A DNA stretch of 64,000 nt from Malacoraja senta (lineage: Eukaryota), in contig CM075990.1 of assembly GCA_038087875.1 (NCBI GenBank), positions 3,536,001 through 3,600,000 on the forward strand. The letters are read 5' to 3'. The notes under the pieces are model-generated. The model ran no database searches and had not been told where the DNA came from. It was given only the letters and a program-made list of their open reading frames with translations. Position numbers and translations under genes: made by a program. Below are positions 49,065 through 61,944 of the stretch, one piece after another (positions within the stretch are counted from its first letter, which is position 1; the number at the start of each line of letters is the position of its first letter).

Positions 49065-49740
49065 TGTAGCGGCACCTAGTGGTGGGACTTGGAATTCAGA
49101 ACCCTCGTCAATGGTCGGGTCCGTCACGTGACCCGGGGGGGGGTCGTTCGCGGGCTTTTGATAGTAATTAGTAGTTAGCGCTCCTCGCATCGACAGGAGC
49201 TGTAATCGTTAGTTCTAAACTCGGTACGCAGTATTTAGAGCATTTGCTTTTATTAATAAAGAATATTTTGCTCAACCTTGCCTGGTCTCACCACACTATG
49301 CTCTATATTACACCAAAGATCCTATAGCGAGCAAGATGGTCCACTCGACAAAAAAGACGTAATACGGTCATGAGCAGATTCATGGGTAATTTTCGGCCCC
49401 ATTTCCGTAACCGGCTTCCGTCTCCGCACCAAAGATCCCATAGGGTACTAGTGCGGAGACGGAAGCCAGTTACGGAAACATCCTCGTAAAAATAAAAGTT
49501 ATTTGGGAAAAATCTTCTCCTCATTTTCAGAATTATAATTTATTAACACAAACTGTTCCCCCGCAACGTTGATTACACTGCGAGTCGGGTCGGGTCGGGT
49601 CGGGTTGTGTTACTGAAATGGATGAAAAAAGGCCCACGTTGCGCTCCGTTGCGTACTACACGTCAGCCCATTGCATTTAGAAGGAGTTGTCTATCTTGCT
49701 CCGCTATAGGATCTTTGTGTTACACTACAGTTGGTGACGA
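49065..49740 (+). mobile_element. LTR (TGTAG...CTACA) followed by a PBS, Gypsy-like, interrupted by a MITE
   Basis: Starts TGTAG at 49065 and ends CTACA at 49729. AATAAA at about 49255. A 2-nt spacer is followed by TGGTGACGA. About 250 bp once the insert and one TSD copy are removed. Confidence 0.65.
49314..49717. mobile_element. MITE with CAAAG termini and 8-bp TSD (P-element-like; hAT not excluded)
   Basis: TIR CAAAGATCCTATAGCG(G)AGCAAGAT. TSD TATTACAC (49306-49313) and TGTTACAC (49718-49725). Confidence 0.85.
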
Positions 49741-50673
49741 TGCATACCAGTAGATTATTACGCCACCTCCAAAGATGTTGTCGTGTATATTATTTTAATA
49801 ATATATTCAATTCCTAACAGGTGTTGATATATACATTTTTAGACTCAGTTTAGTTTAGTTTAGTGATAGAAGGAAAGAGATCCTTCGGCCCATTGAGTCC
49901 ATGTCAACCATCGATCATCCGTTCACACGACTTCTATGTTATCCCACTTTCATATCCACTCCCTACACACTATGGTCAGTCTTACAGAGGCCAATTAACC
50001 TACAAACCCACACGTCTTTGGGATGTGGGTGGAAGCCGGAGCACCCGGAGAAAACCTACCTGGTCACAGGGAGAGCGTGATAAAGCCACTGCACCACAGC
50101 ACCACAGACCCGGATTGGATCCTGACTACTGGTGCTGTCTGTGTAGAGTTTGAACGTTCATCCCCGTAACCTGCGTGGGTTTTCTCCAGGTACTCCTGTT
50201 TCCTCCAACACTCCACAGACGTACAGGTCTGTAGGTTAATTAACTGCGGTAAAATTGTAAATTGCCCCTAGTGTGTGTAGGATAGTGTTAGTGTGTGGGG
50301 CGATCGCTGGTCAGCGCCGACTCGGTGGGCCGAAGGGCCTGTCCCCGTGCTGTAGCTCTAAACTAAACTAACCAGCTGCTTAATGGAACATCACCTCCAT
50401 CTCTGAGCAGTACACAGACTGAACCTTGTCCTCTATCTTGGGGGATGCATCAGAACCAGCAGGAATCTGACTCAGATGTCAATGGGGTGATAACTCAGCC
50501 AAGCTAACCCTTGCCTGAATGTCTTTCATTTCCATCACCATTAAGAGATGTAGGCTTTAATTAATTTTGAACAGCGGAGCAAGTGCCAAAGTCAACACAA
50601 ATGTATTTTCCCTCCCTTGCCCGCTATCTTTGGTGAGGGTGGAGTTTAGGAGCGTGACTTTAGGGAATAATTG

Positions 50674-51495
50674 AAGAATAAGGAGAAAGCCATTTAGAAG
50701 GGAGACGAGGAAACACTTTTTCTCGCAGAGAGTGGTGAGTCTGTGGAATTCTCTGCCTCAGAGGGTAGTGGAGGCAGGTTCTCTGGATGCTTTCAAGAGA
50801 GAGCTAGATAGGGCTCTTAAAAATAGCGGAGTCAGGGGATATGGGGAGAAGGCAGGAACGGGGTACTGATTGGGGATGATCAGCCATGATCACATTGAAT
50901 GGCGGTGCTGGCTCGAAGGGCCAAATGGCCTACTCCTGCACCTATTATCTATTGTCTATTGACTTTCTCTCCTGCTTGCAATATTTCTCTCAAGATGCAA
51001 TTGGAATTGTCCAGCAGTAGGCATGGCTTGTTCCAGTTTAGTTTAGTTTAGTTTAGATTACATAGAAACATAGAAAATAGGTGCAGGAGGAGGCCATTCG
51101 GCCCTTCGGCCCTTCGAGCCAGCACCGCCATTCATTGTGATCATGGCTGATCGTCCCCAATCAATAACCCGTGCCTGCCTTCTCCCCAAACCCCTTGATT
51201 CCACTAGCCCCAAGAGCTCTATCTAACTCTCTCTTAAATCCATCCAGTGACTTGGCCTCCACTGCCCTCTGTGGCAGGGAATTCCACAAATCCACAACTC
51301 TCTGGGTGAAAACGTTTTTTCTCACCTCAGTCTTAAATGGCCTCCCCTTTATTCTAAGACTGTGGCCCCTGGTTCTGGACTCGCCCAACATTGGGAACAT
51401 TTTTCCTGCATCGAGCTTGTCCAGTCCTTTTATAATTTTATATGTTTCTATAAGATCCCCCTCATCCTTCTAAACTCCAGTGAAGACAAGCCTTA
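50674..51495. mobile_element. Two convergent CR1 3' fragments (plus 50674-50961, minus 51061-51495)
   Basis: CR1 C-terminal motifs and tails. Confidence 0.88.
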
Positions 51496-51499
51496 GTGA

Positions 51500-52108
51500 A
51501 TACAAGTTTAGGTTAGTTTATGGTCATGAGTATAGTGAAAACGTAAGATAGACACAAAAAGCTGGAGTAACTCAGCGGGACAGGCAGCATCTCTGGAGAG
51601 AAGGGATGGGTGACGTTTCGGGTCGAGACCTTTCTTACAGTGAAAACCATTTTTGTTGCGTGCTAACCAGTCAGCGGAAAGACTAAACATGATTACAATC
51701 GAGCCATCCTCAGTGTACAGATACAGGATAAAGGGAATAATGATTAGTGCAAAATAAAGTGTGATTAAAGATAGTCCAAGGGTCTCCAATGAGGTAGTGG
51801 CAGGTTAGGACTGTTCTCTAGTTGGTGATAGGATGGTTCAATTGTTTAATGACAGCTGGGAAGAAACTGACCCTGAATCTGGAGGTGTGCGTTTTCACAC
51901 TTCTGTACCTCTTGGCTGATGGAAGGGATGAGAAAAGGAAGTGACCAGGGTGAGAATGGTCCTTGATTATGCTGCAGGCCTTGCTGAGGCAACGTGAGGA
52001 GTAGATGGAGTCAATGGAAGGGAGGTTGGGTTGTGCGATAGTCTGGACTGCGTCCACAATTCTCTGCAATTTCTTTCAGTCTCGGACGTCGCTGTTCCCA
52101 AACCGTGC
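51500..52108 (-). mobile_element. Rex1/Babar LINE 3' fragment with a nested Penelope module
   Basis: LQRIVDAVQTI...RCLSKA.SIIKD.SHPGH.LFS.LPS.KRYRS. Confidence 0.85.
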
Positions 52109-52109
52109 A

Positions 52110-52500
52110 ACATAGACATAGACACTGTACATAGACAATAGATGCAGGAGTAGGCCATTTGGCCCTTTGAGCCAGCACTGCCATTCAATGTGATCATGGC
52201 TGATCATTCACAATCAGTACCCCGTTCCTGCCTTCTCCCCATACCCCTTGATTCCACTAGCCCTAAGATCTCTATCTAACTCTCTTTTAAATGCATCCAG
52301 TGAATTGGCCTCCACTGCCCTCTGAGGCAGAGAATTCCACAGATTCACAACCCTCTGGGTGAATAAGTGTTTCCTCATCTCAGTTCTAAATGGCCAACCC
52401 CTTATTCTTGAACTGTGGCTCCTGGTTCTGGACTCCCCCAACATCGGGAACATGTTACCTGCATCTAGCCTGTCCAATCCCTTAATAAGTCTAAATGTTT
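52110..52500 (-). mobile_element. CR1 LINE 3' fragment
   Basis: GLDRLDAGNMFP...WNSLP. Confidence 0.9.
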
Positions 52501-53533
52501 CTTTCAAGATGGCATGGAATTTTTTTGAGTGCCCCCTCCCCTAATTCCAATTTACTGGCCATTGCTTCAATACGGGTGGCCCAGGACAAATTGCCGGGGA
52601 TAGTTTAACTCTGGCAACTCGAAGCTTTCGATTATCTCTACTTTCGGGGGATGTTTGTCTTGGTCCAAAAGGGTCAAAGGAAGCATCGATCCACGGTCAC
52701 CATGCACAAAAAACCTCCTGAGTCACAGAAATAATGCACAAGGCAGGCGCAAGACAGAGGGTTACATCCACACCATCAATGGAGAAACCACACTGGAAGG
52801 GCAAGGAAATATTTCTTGCTGCTGTTTTGTAAAACCCATCAGGACTCCCTCCTTTGAAATTATTTAAGGAAATTATGCAAGTGTGAAGATTGGCCAGCAT
52901 CGTGCCGGCCCCCACTGTGTGGGAATGATGCTGACTGTTCCCTTGCTAGTTATGGAGGGGTTGGCAGTGTAGTCAGCGTGTAGTTAATGTCCTGTGACTC
53001 AATATTTACCACCCCAGCTATCAGCGAAGGCATGGTGCATTGCTCATTAAAATCGGGACGCCGAGTATTTAACGCAGATTAGCTTTTCAAAACATTTCCC
53101 GAAGAAAAAGCAGTGATTACACTCTCCGCAAATTGTCCATTTAGAAATACATGGCCTCTATCAGAGCAGCGAAGGCATCGCGGATATGAATGTGGCCTCG
53201 GGCAGTGTGTAGCATTTTCCCTTGGTCACTGGTGCATGGACACTCTCGGAGGTTAAATGGGATGTAAGCAGTGATTCTTAAACATTCTCAAGTGTGATAC
53301 AAAACTAGTCAGATCCACAAAGACAATAAAGAAATGGACATGGAGATTTCAGGAAGAGAGACACGGGGGCTTCAGAATATTTAAATGGACGAGGGGGGTT
53401 GGGGGGGAGGAGGAAGGGGGGGGTGGAAACTTGAAAGGAATTGACGAAAGCATTTCTCCAAGGGTTCCTGCCTACTTTCCACCAAACGTTACAATAGAAA
53501 GCTAGGAGTCTTGCATACAATTAATCAAACTAA

Positions 53534-53850
53534 GGTGGCACGGTGGCGCAGCGGTAGAGTTGCTGCCTCACAGCGCCAGAGACCCGGGTTCCATCCTGAC
53601 TACGGGTGCTGTCTGTACGGAGTTTGTACATTCTCCCAGTGAACTGCGTGGGTTTTCTCCGAGATCTTCGGTATCCTCCCACACTCCAAAGACGTACCGA
53701 TATGTAGATTAATTGGCTTGGCATGAATGGAAATTTGCCCTAGTTTGTGTGGGATAGTGTTATTGTGCGGGAATCGCTGGACGGTGCAGACTCGATGGGC
53801 CGAAGGGCCTGCTTCCTCGCTGTGTGTCTAAACTAAACTAAATTAAACTC
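53534..53850 (+). mobile_element. HE1-like V-SINE
   Basis: Full-length copy with (CTAAA) tail. Confidence 0.9.
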
Positions 53851-54149
53851 AACGGATCCAGTTGGGCAGCATAGACTCAGTTGGTGAATGGCCTTATCTG
53901 GTCGGCGAAGACCCAGTGGGCCAAAGGGCGTGTTTCCGCGCTGTATCACTAAACTAAACTAAACACCCTGTGTTTAGCTTCAGATTCCAGCAATTTATCG
54001 TGCCTCAGTTATATTCATCTTTAAACTCTTGATTTGACACACAACAGGGTTGGTCAAGGCATAGGGAGGTGTTGGTGACAGGCAAGTCTACAACAGGAGA
54101 TGTGGCTGGTTTGGAGTATGCAGAAAAGGTTTACCAGAATCCTGCCTGG

Positions 54150-54797
54150 ATTTTGTTTTTGTATCAAAAATAATTTATTAAATTACGATCACATTCATTT
54201 ATTCATCATCGTTGAAAACATTAGCGACGCAGTGGTTCTGGTTTACAGCGGGAACGGTGACGGACGCACCACACATCTCCGTCCTCCAGTTCCTGCGGAC
54301 TTCCGCCGCTGGAAGTATAGGATATTGGTGTGTGTGCTTTATCATCGTTCCTTACAATGCCGTGTATGACAGTGATCGCAACTTCTACTCAAGTGTGGAT
54401 GGCCGTTGGCTCGCTAGAAGCTCACACGCCCTTTGACAGGTCTTGTTTTTGGTCCTGCTGGGGGTCCACAGCCCCCTCCTCGCCGACTATCCGTCCATGG
54501 AGCAGGTAGCACGGGATTACATGGTACCCGTGGTGGGGGGAACTCCCCCCGACTGACATGAATTACAATTGCGATAAAAAACAAAACTGTGCTAACACGC
54601 CCACCACCATAGCACAAAATCATCAGATTATCCAGACACTAAATGTTCAAATAACTGTGTTACAATCCTTACAAATATACTAAATAACCACTATACAACT
54701 ATGTCCCTCTCTGCCACCACCCAGGCATGGACGTAACCCTGGTAAAGAGGCAAGTATCAGGCTCAGGCAAAGCCCTCTTCCGCCTGGATGCTGCCTT
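54150..54797 (-). mobile_element. Probable Tx1/L1-clade LINE 3' end
   Basis: Minus translation ...LPLYQGYVHAWVVAER resembles Tx1-type ORF2 C-termini (from recall). Ends AATAAA followed by an A-rich tail. Confidence 0.5.
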
Positions 54798-54802
54798 GAT
54801 TA

Positions 54803-55028
54803 AGAACCTGTCCCACTTTCACGACCTAATTCACGACCTTTTTTACTCGTGGGCATTTTTCATCGTGTTGAAAAAACGCCCCGACCTGCTTGATGCCACG
54901 AGTACCTACGACTAGCATCACGGCCTGCTACGACCTCCTACGACCTCGTGGCGGCCATGCTGCGAGTATGAGTCAAGGGCAATCTCGGCAGAGGTCGTGA
55001 ATTAGGTCGTGAAAGTGGGACCGGCCCT
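54803..55028. mobile_element. PIF/Harbinger-type MITE, family D
   Basis: Same interior and TIR as 26538-26780. TTA TSD at 54800-54802 and 55029-55031. Confidence 0.9.
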
Positions 55029-55374
55029 TTATCGGGCCATTAGCTACAAGGAGAGGTTAGACAAACTTAGATTGCTTTCTGTGGAGCGTCAGCGGTTGAG
55101 GGGAGACCTGAAAGAAGCAAATGAAATTATACGACAAGATACAATACGATCGAACTTTATTTATCCCAGGAGAGAAACTAGTCTGCCAACAGTCATAAAA
55201 CACAACAAAATACGTGAAACATTAAATTAAAGGGAAAGGTTTGGGGATGTGCAAAGATTGGTGGGGGGGGGAGTCAGTCTATCCCACGTCAGAAGGGGGA
55301 GGAGTTGTACAGTTTGATAGCCACAGGGTGGAAGGATCTCCTGTGGCGTTCTGTGCTGTACCTTGATGGATCAT

Positions 55375-56322
55375 GTGGTCATAAGGTCATAAGAAATAGG
55401 AGTAGAATTAGGTCATTCGGCCCGTCAACTACTCTGCCATTCAATCATGGCTGGTCAAACTCTCCCTCCTAACCCCATTCTCCTGCCCCATAACCTCTGA
55501 CACCTGTAAAAAAATCAAGAATCTATCTATCTCTGCCTTAAAAATATCCACTGACTTGGCCTCCGCAGCCTTCTGTGGCAAAGAATTCCACAGATTCACC
55601 ACCCTCTGACTAAATAAATTTCCCCTCATCTCCTTCCTAAAATAACGTCCTTTAATTCTGAGGCTACGACCTCTAGTTCTAGGCTCTCCCACTAATGGAA
55701 ATATTCACATCCACTTTATTCAAGCCTTTCACTATTCTGTATGTTTCAATGAGGTCCCCCCTCATTCTTCTAAACTCCAGGGAGTACAGGCCCAGTGCCG
55801 ACAAACTCTCATCATAGGTTAACCCACTCATTCCTGGGATCATTCCTGTAAACCTCCTCTGGAGCCAGCACATCCTTCCTCAGATATGGTGCCCAAAATT
55901 GCTCACAATATTCCAAATGCGGTCTGACCAGTGCCTTATAGAGCCTCAGCATCACATCCCTGTTGCTGTATACAAGCCCTCTTGAAATAAATGCTAGCAT
56001 TGAGTTTGCTTTCTTTACTACCGATTCGATTTGCAGATTAACTTTTTAGGAATCCTGCACCAGCGCTCCCAAGTCCCTTTGCACCTTTGATTTCTGGATT
56101 CTCTCCCCATTTAGAAAATAGTCTACGCCTTTATTCCTACTACCAAAATGCACGACTCCGCACTTTGCTACACTATATTCCATCTGCCATTTCTCTGCCC
56201 ACTCTCCCAACCTGTCCAAGTCCTTCTGCAGAGTCCCTGCTTTCTCTACACAATTTTGCCCCTCCACCTATTTCTGTAACATCTGCAAACTTGGCCACAA
56301 AGCCTTCAATCCCCTTGTCCAA
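55375..56322 (-). mobile_element. CR1 LINE 3' ~0.95 kb
   Basis: Close relative of 21525-22480 (LQKDLDRLGEWAEKWQMEY, LYKALVRPHLEYC). Confidence 0.92.
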
Positions 56323-57969
56323 ATGGGGCACAGATTGGTGGACAGTCTCCTATGAGAGGCGTAGATAAGGTAGACAGTCAGTACCTTCCCCCCAGGGTGG
56401 AAATGTCAAAAGCACGAGAGGGCAAAGCTTTAAGGTGAGAGGTGGAAAGTTTAAAGTAGATGCTCGGGGGAAATCAAGGACGAGTCTCACCCCAGCCACT
56501 CCCTCTTCTCTCCTATCCCATTGGATTTGGAAGAGATCAGCCTGACTTTGTGTGGGCAGGGCATGTCTTACAAACTTGAATGAGGTTTTGGAGGAGGTGA
56601 TGGAGGTGATTGCAGCAGATGCTGTCTGCATGGACTTTAGTAAGGCATGTAATAATGGTCCCTCATGCTCGGCTGATCCAAAAGTTGAAGATGCATGGGA
56701 TCCACGGAGATTTGGTCATTTGGATTCAGAACTGGCTTACCCGTAGCCGACAGAGATGTGGTGTTTTAGTTTAGTTTAGAGATACAGTGTGGAAACAGGC
56801 TCTTCGGCCCACTGAGTCCACGCCAACCAGCGATCCCTGCACGCTAACACTATCCTACACACACTGAGGACATTTCACCAAAATACCGAAGTACATTTTT
56901 ACCGCAGCACAACAGAAACGTAATATTGTTTAGAGATACAGTGTGGGAAACAGGCCCTTTGGCCCACCGAGTCCATGCCGTCCAGCGATCACCCGTACAC
57001 TAGTTCTATCCTACACACTAGGGACGGAGTACAATTTATAGAAGCCAATTAAACCGACAATCATGGGGCATGGGAAGGAACCGGAGCATCCGGAGACAAC
57101 CCACAAGGGTCACGGGGAGAAGTTATAAACGGTACAGACAGCACCCGTGGTCAGGATCGAACCTGGGTCCCTGCCGCTGTAAGGCAGCAACTCTACCGCT
57201 GTGCCACTAAGTGTATAATTCTGGCTGGAGGTCTGTGCCAAGTGGTGTTCCTCAAGGATCAGTGCCGGGACCTCCGTTGTTTACCAGGGACCTTCTGAAA
57301 CTCCGGAAAGTTGACCCGCCATTTTCTGGATTGGTTTCACTTTTCCAGTTTCTGCGGTTTTTTCCCCCCCAAAAAAAATCATTATAATTTACCGATGTCA
57401 ACATGTTCTGATCAGGTGACCAGCGGGTGTTAAATCCGATAGCCCGGCAGTTGTCTTTGAGGTGAGGCTGTTTCCCTGTTGAACACATGGAACTTAGAAC
57501 GGTACAGCACAAGAACAGGCCCTTCAGCCCACAATGTCTGTGTCGAGCACGATGCCGAGACCATCACGTCCCCCTGCACATGAACCATGTCCCTCCATTT
57601 TGCGGCCGAAGGGCCTGTTTCCGCTCTGTATCTCTCAACTGAACTAAATTCTACAAATGTCGAGAACCTACCCAAGTGACAGTGAATCTTAAATGTGGAG
57701 AATGGTTTCAGTTTGAAAGCTGGCATTCCCCCGGGCTCCTTGACATCTGTTCTCTGCTATCTCAGGGTGCCATATATTCATCCCAATTAGGGCTTTGAAC
57801 GTGACAAATATTTGACTTTACAGTCTTGCAAGTGTAATTACAGATTACACACCAGAAATATCCCAGTCTGTTTCAAGCTGCTGTGAAAAGCCTAGTTCCC
57901 AGTGATGTGGCAAACGCTGAACTCGTTTCCGACGAATTTCATAGACTCACAGAGTCAAACTCAAGATAT

Positions 57970-58265
57970 TAGACTTTAGAGATACAGCTTTGAAACAGGC
58001 CCCACAGCAGACCGAGTCCTATACCGACCAGCGATCACCCCACACACTAAAACGATCCTACACACACTAGCGATAATTTACAATTTTACCAAAGCCAATT
58101 AACCTACAAACCTGCATGTCTTTGGACTGCGAGAGGAAACCGGAGCACCCGGAGAAAACCCACGCAGTCACAGGGAGAATGTACAGGCAGCACCCGTAGT
58201 CAGGATCGAACCCGGGTCTCTGGCGCTGTGGGGCAGCAACTCTACCGCTGAGCCACCGTGCAGCC
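57970..58265 (-). mobile_element. HE1-like V-SINE
   Basis: Reverse-complement copy. Confidence 0.85.
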
Positions 58266-58380
58266 CGCGAATAGAACAGAACAGAATGGAGCAGAATACA
58301 GCACAGAACAGGCTCATAGGGTCACTGAGACCAGTCCACTATCCCCCCATACTCTACACTTCACCCTATGCCAATGTGGC

Positions 58381-58573
58381 AACACAACACACACACTCAC
58401 ACACATTTACACATGTTCACACACAGTCAAACTCTCCCAGTCACACACACACTCACACTCACACTCACACTCACACTCACACTCACACACTCACACTCAC
58501 ACACACACACACTCACACACACTCACACACACACTCACACACTCACACTCACACACACACACACTCACACACA

Positions 58574-58614
<41 letters not shown>

Positions 58615-59719
58615 ACACACTCACACACACTCACACACACTCACACACACACACTCACACACACTCACACACACTCACACACTCACACACACTCACACAC
58701 TCACACACACACACACTCACACACACACACACTCACACACTCACACACTCACACACACTCACACACATACACACTCACACACTCACACACACTCACACAC
58801 TCACACACACACACACTCACACACACACACTCACACACTCACACACTCACACTCACACTCACACTCACACTCACACACTCACACTCACACACACACACAC
58901 ACTCACACACACACTCACACTCACACTCACACACTCACACACACTCACACACTCACACTCACACTCACACTCACACACTCACACTCTCACACACACACAC
59001 ACACACTCACACACACACTCACACACTCACACTCACACACACACACTCACACACACTCACACACACACACACACACACACTCACACACACTCACACACAC
59101 ACTCACACACACTCACACACACTCACACACACACACTCACACACACTCACACACACTCACACACTCACACACACTCACACACATACACACTCACACACTC
59201 ACACACTCACACACTCACACACACTCACACACTCACACACACACACACTCACACACACACACTCACACACACACACACTCACACACACACACTCACACAC
59301 ACACACTCACACACTCACACACTCACACACTCACACACACTCACACACTCACACACACACACACTCACACACTCACACACTCACAGCCAAACATACACAA
59401 ACTCACGCACACAGTCAAAAACACACACACACTTTACACTTGCAGCCACACAACCAAAGACACACTCACACTCACACATAGTCAAGCACACACTCGTAGT
59501 CAACCATACCCACACTCACACACACACGCACACACACACACACACGCGCACACACACACACACACACACGCACACACACACACACACACACTCACACACA
59601 CACGCACACACACACACACACGCGCACACACACACACACACACACACGCACACACACACACACACGCGCACACACACACACACACACACGCACACACACA
59701 CACACGCGCACACACACAC

Positions 59720-59788
<69 letters not shown>

Positions 59789-59864
59789 CACACACACACA
59801 CTCACATACACACTCACACACTGGCATACCCACACTCACACACACACGCACACACACACACACA

Positions 59865-59920
<56 letters not shown>

Positions 59921-59984
59921 CACACACACGCGCACACACACACACACGCACACACACACACACACGCGCACACACACACACACA

Positions 59985-60022
<38 letters not shown>

Positions 60023-60130
60023 CACACACAGGCAAACTCACATTCACACACACTCACACACACACACACTCACACACAGGCAAACTCACATTCACACACA
60101 CTCACACACACACGCACACACACACACACG

Positions 60131-60162
<32 letters not shown>

Positions 60163-60180
60163 CACACACAGGCAAACTCA

Positions 60181-60221
<41 letters not shown>

Positions 60222-60545
60222 ACAGGCAAACTCACATTCACACACACTCACACACACACGCACACACACACACACACACTCACACACACACTCACACACA
60301 GACACACTCACAGCCAAACAAACACACACACACGCACACACACACACACACTCACACACACACTCACATACACACTCACACACTGGCATACCCACACTCA
60401 CACACACACTCACACACTCACACACACTCACCCACACAAACACTCACACACACACACTCACACACAGACACACACTCACACACACACACACACACACACA
60501 CTCACAGTCAAGCACACACGCATGCTCACACATAGTCCAACACAC
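58381..60545. repeat. Compound (CA)n / (CACACT)n / (CACG) microsatellite tract, about 2.1 kb
   Basis: Directly visible. Confidence 0.99.
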
Positions 60546-61218
60546 CCACTGTTGTAAAGTTAATGTTGGCAGCACATGCTATGTTCGGTGGGTATTTAAG
60601 TTAATGTGACTGACCATCACTCGTGTTGGCTTTGCAATTCCAAAATAACCTTTGGAGGGAATGCGAATCTCCCACAAATGGTATGCCTGGATGTTCTGGC
60701 AAAACAGACTCTAATCTTGGAGTTGGCAACCTCTTCCTTAATATCCTGTGATCACATTGTCTTTGCATCAGGGACCAAAAGCCAGTGTCAAGCTGATCCT
60801 CGTAGACATGAACTGTCAGGGCTCGGGTTGGGGAAGAATGTTGGGCTTCAACTTTGTCCACCTTGGGCACAATGTGCTTCGGAAAAAGGCAATATGATTA
60901 CTTTTTAAATGGACGTGATTGATTCAAATACTATTAATAAATCATTCCAAAGATTGAGGGTGCACTTTGCCAATCTCAACAAAAGGAGAATGCAAAAGTA
61001 CTGTGAGAATCATCGCGGAATGTCGAAAATCTGACTCGCTGGACGTTGAGACTTATTGAATCATCGTATGCTGGCATTATTTGTATGACCCCCAAAAGAT
61101 CGGTGGATAAGCAAAGAATGTTGGACTCCACTTTCACCACACGACTTTGTCCATCTTTGGCACAGTGTGCTTTGGAAAAAGCCAATATGACTTTTTTAAA
61201 CATATGATTCATATATAT

Positions 61219-61661
61219 GCTGTCATATGCTGAGAGAATGGAGCGGCTAGGCTTGTACACTCTGGAGTTTTGAAAGATGAGAGGGGATCTTATTGAAACA
61301 TATAAGATTGTTAAGGGTTTGGATAGAGGCAGGAAACATGTTCCCAATGTTGGGCGAGTCCAGAACCAGGGGCCACAGTTTAAGAATAAGGGGTAAGCCA
61401 TTTAGAACGGAGACGAGGAAACACTTTTTCTCACAGAGAGTGGTGAGTCTGTGGAATTCTCTGCCTCAGAGGGCGGTGGAGGCAGGTTCTCTGGATACTT
61501 TCAAGAGAGAGCTAGATAGGGCTCTTAAAGATAGCGGAATCAGGGGATATGGGGAGAAGGCAGGAACGGGGTACTGATTGGGGATGATCAGCCATGATCA
61601 CATTGAATGGCGGTGCTGGCTCGAAGGGCTGAATGGCCTACTCCTGCACCTACTGTCTATT
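61219..61661 (+). mobile_element. CR1 LINE 3' fragment
   Basis: Near-identical in extent to 27921-28380. Confidence 0.9.
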
Positions 61662-61944
61662 CAAATATGATAAAAATCATTCAATAGATTCAGGGTGCGC
61701 TTTGCCAACTCTCAGCGATAAAGAGAACTCAAAAGTTCCATGAGAATCATCATAGTTTGCAGGAAATACGATATGCTGCACTTTTGGCATAGACTTATAA
61801 ATTATTGTGGAGGTTGGCACTGTGCCAGCTTGATTTTGATCAGCCCAATAAACCCAAGGATTTCTGGCGTGAGAAATAAGAGTTGCTGCCTGACAGCGCC
61901 AGATACCCGGGTTCAATGCTGACTATGGGTGCTGTCTGTACAGA

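Noticed and set aside
58258..60557. ORFs of 407-749 aa rich in His/Thr (and Cys/Val on the minus strand)
   Set aside because: They are translations of a CA microsatellite that lacks stop codons; not genes.
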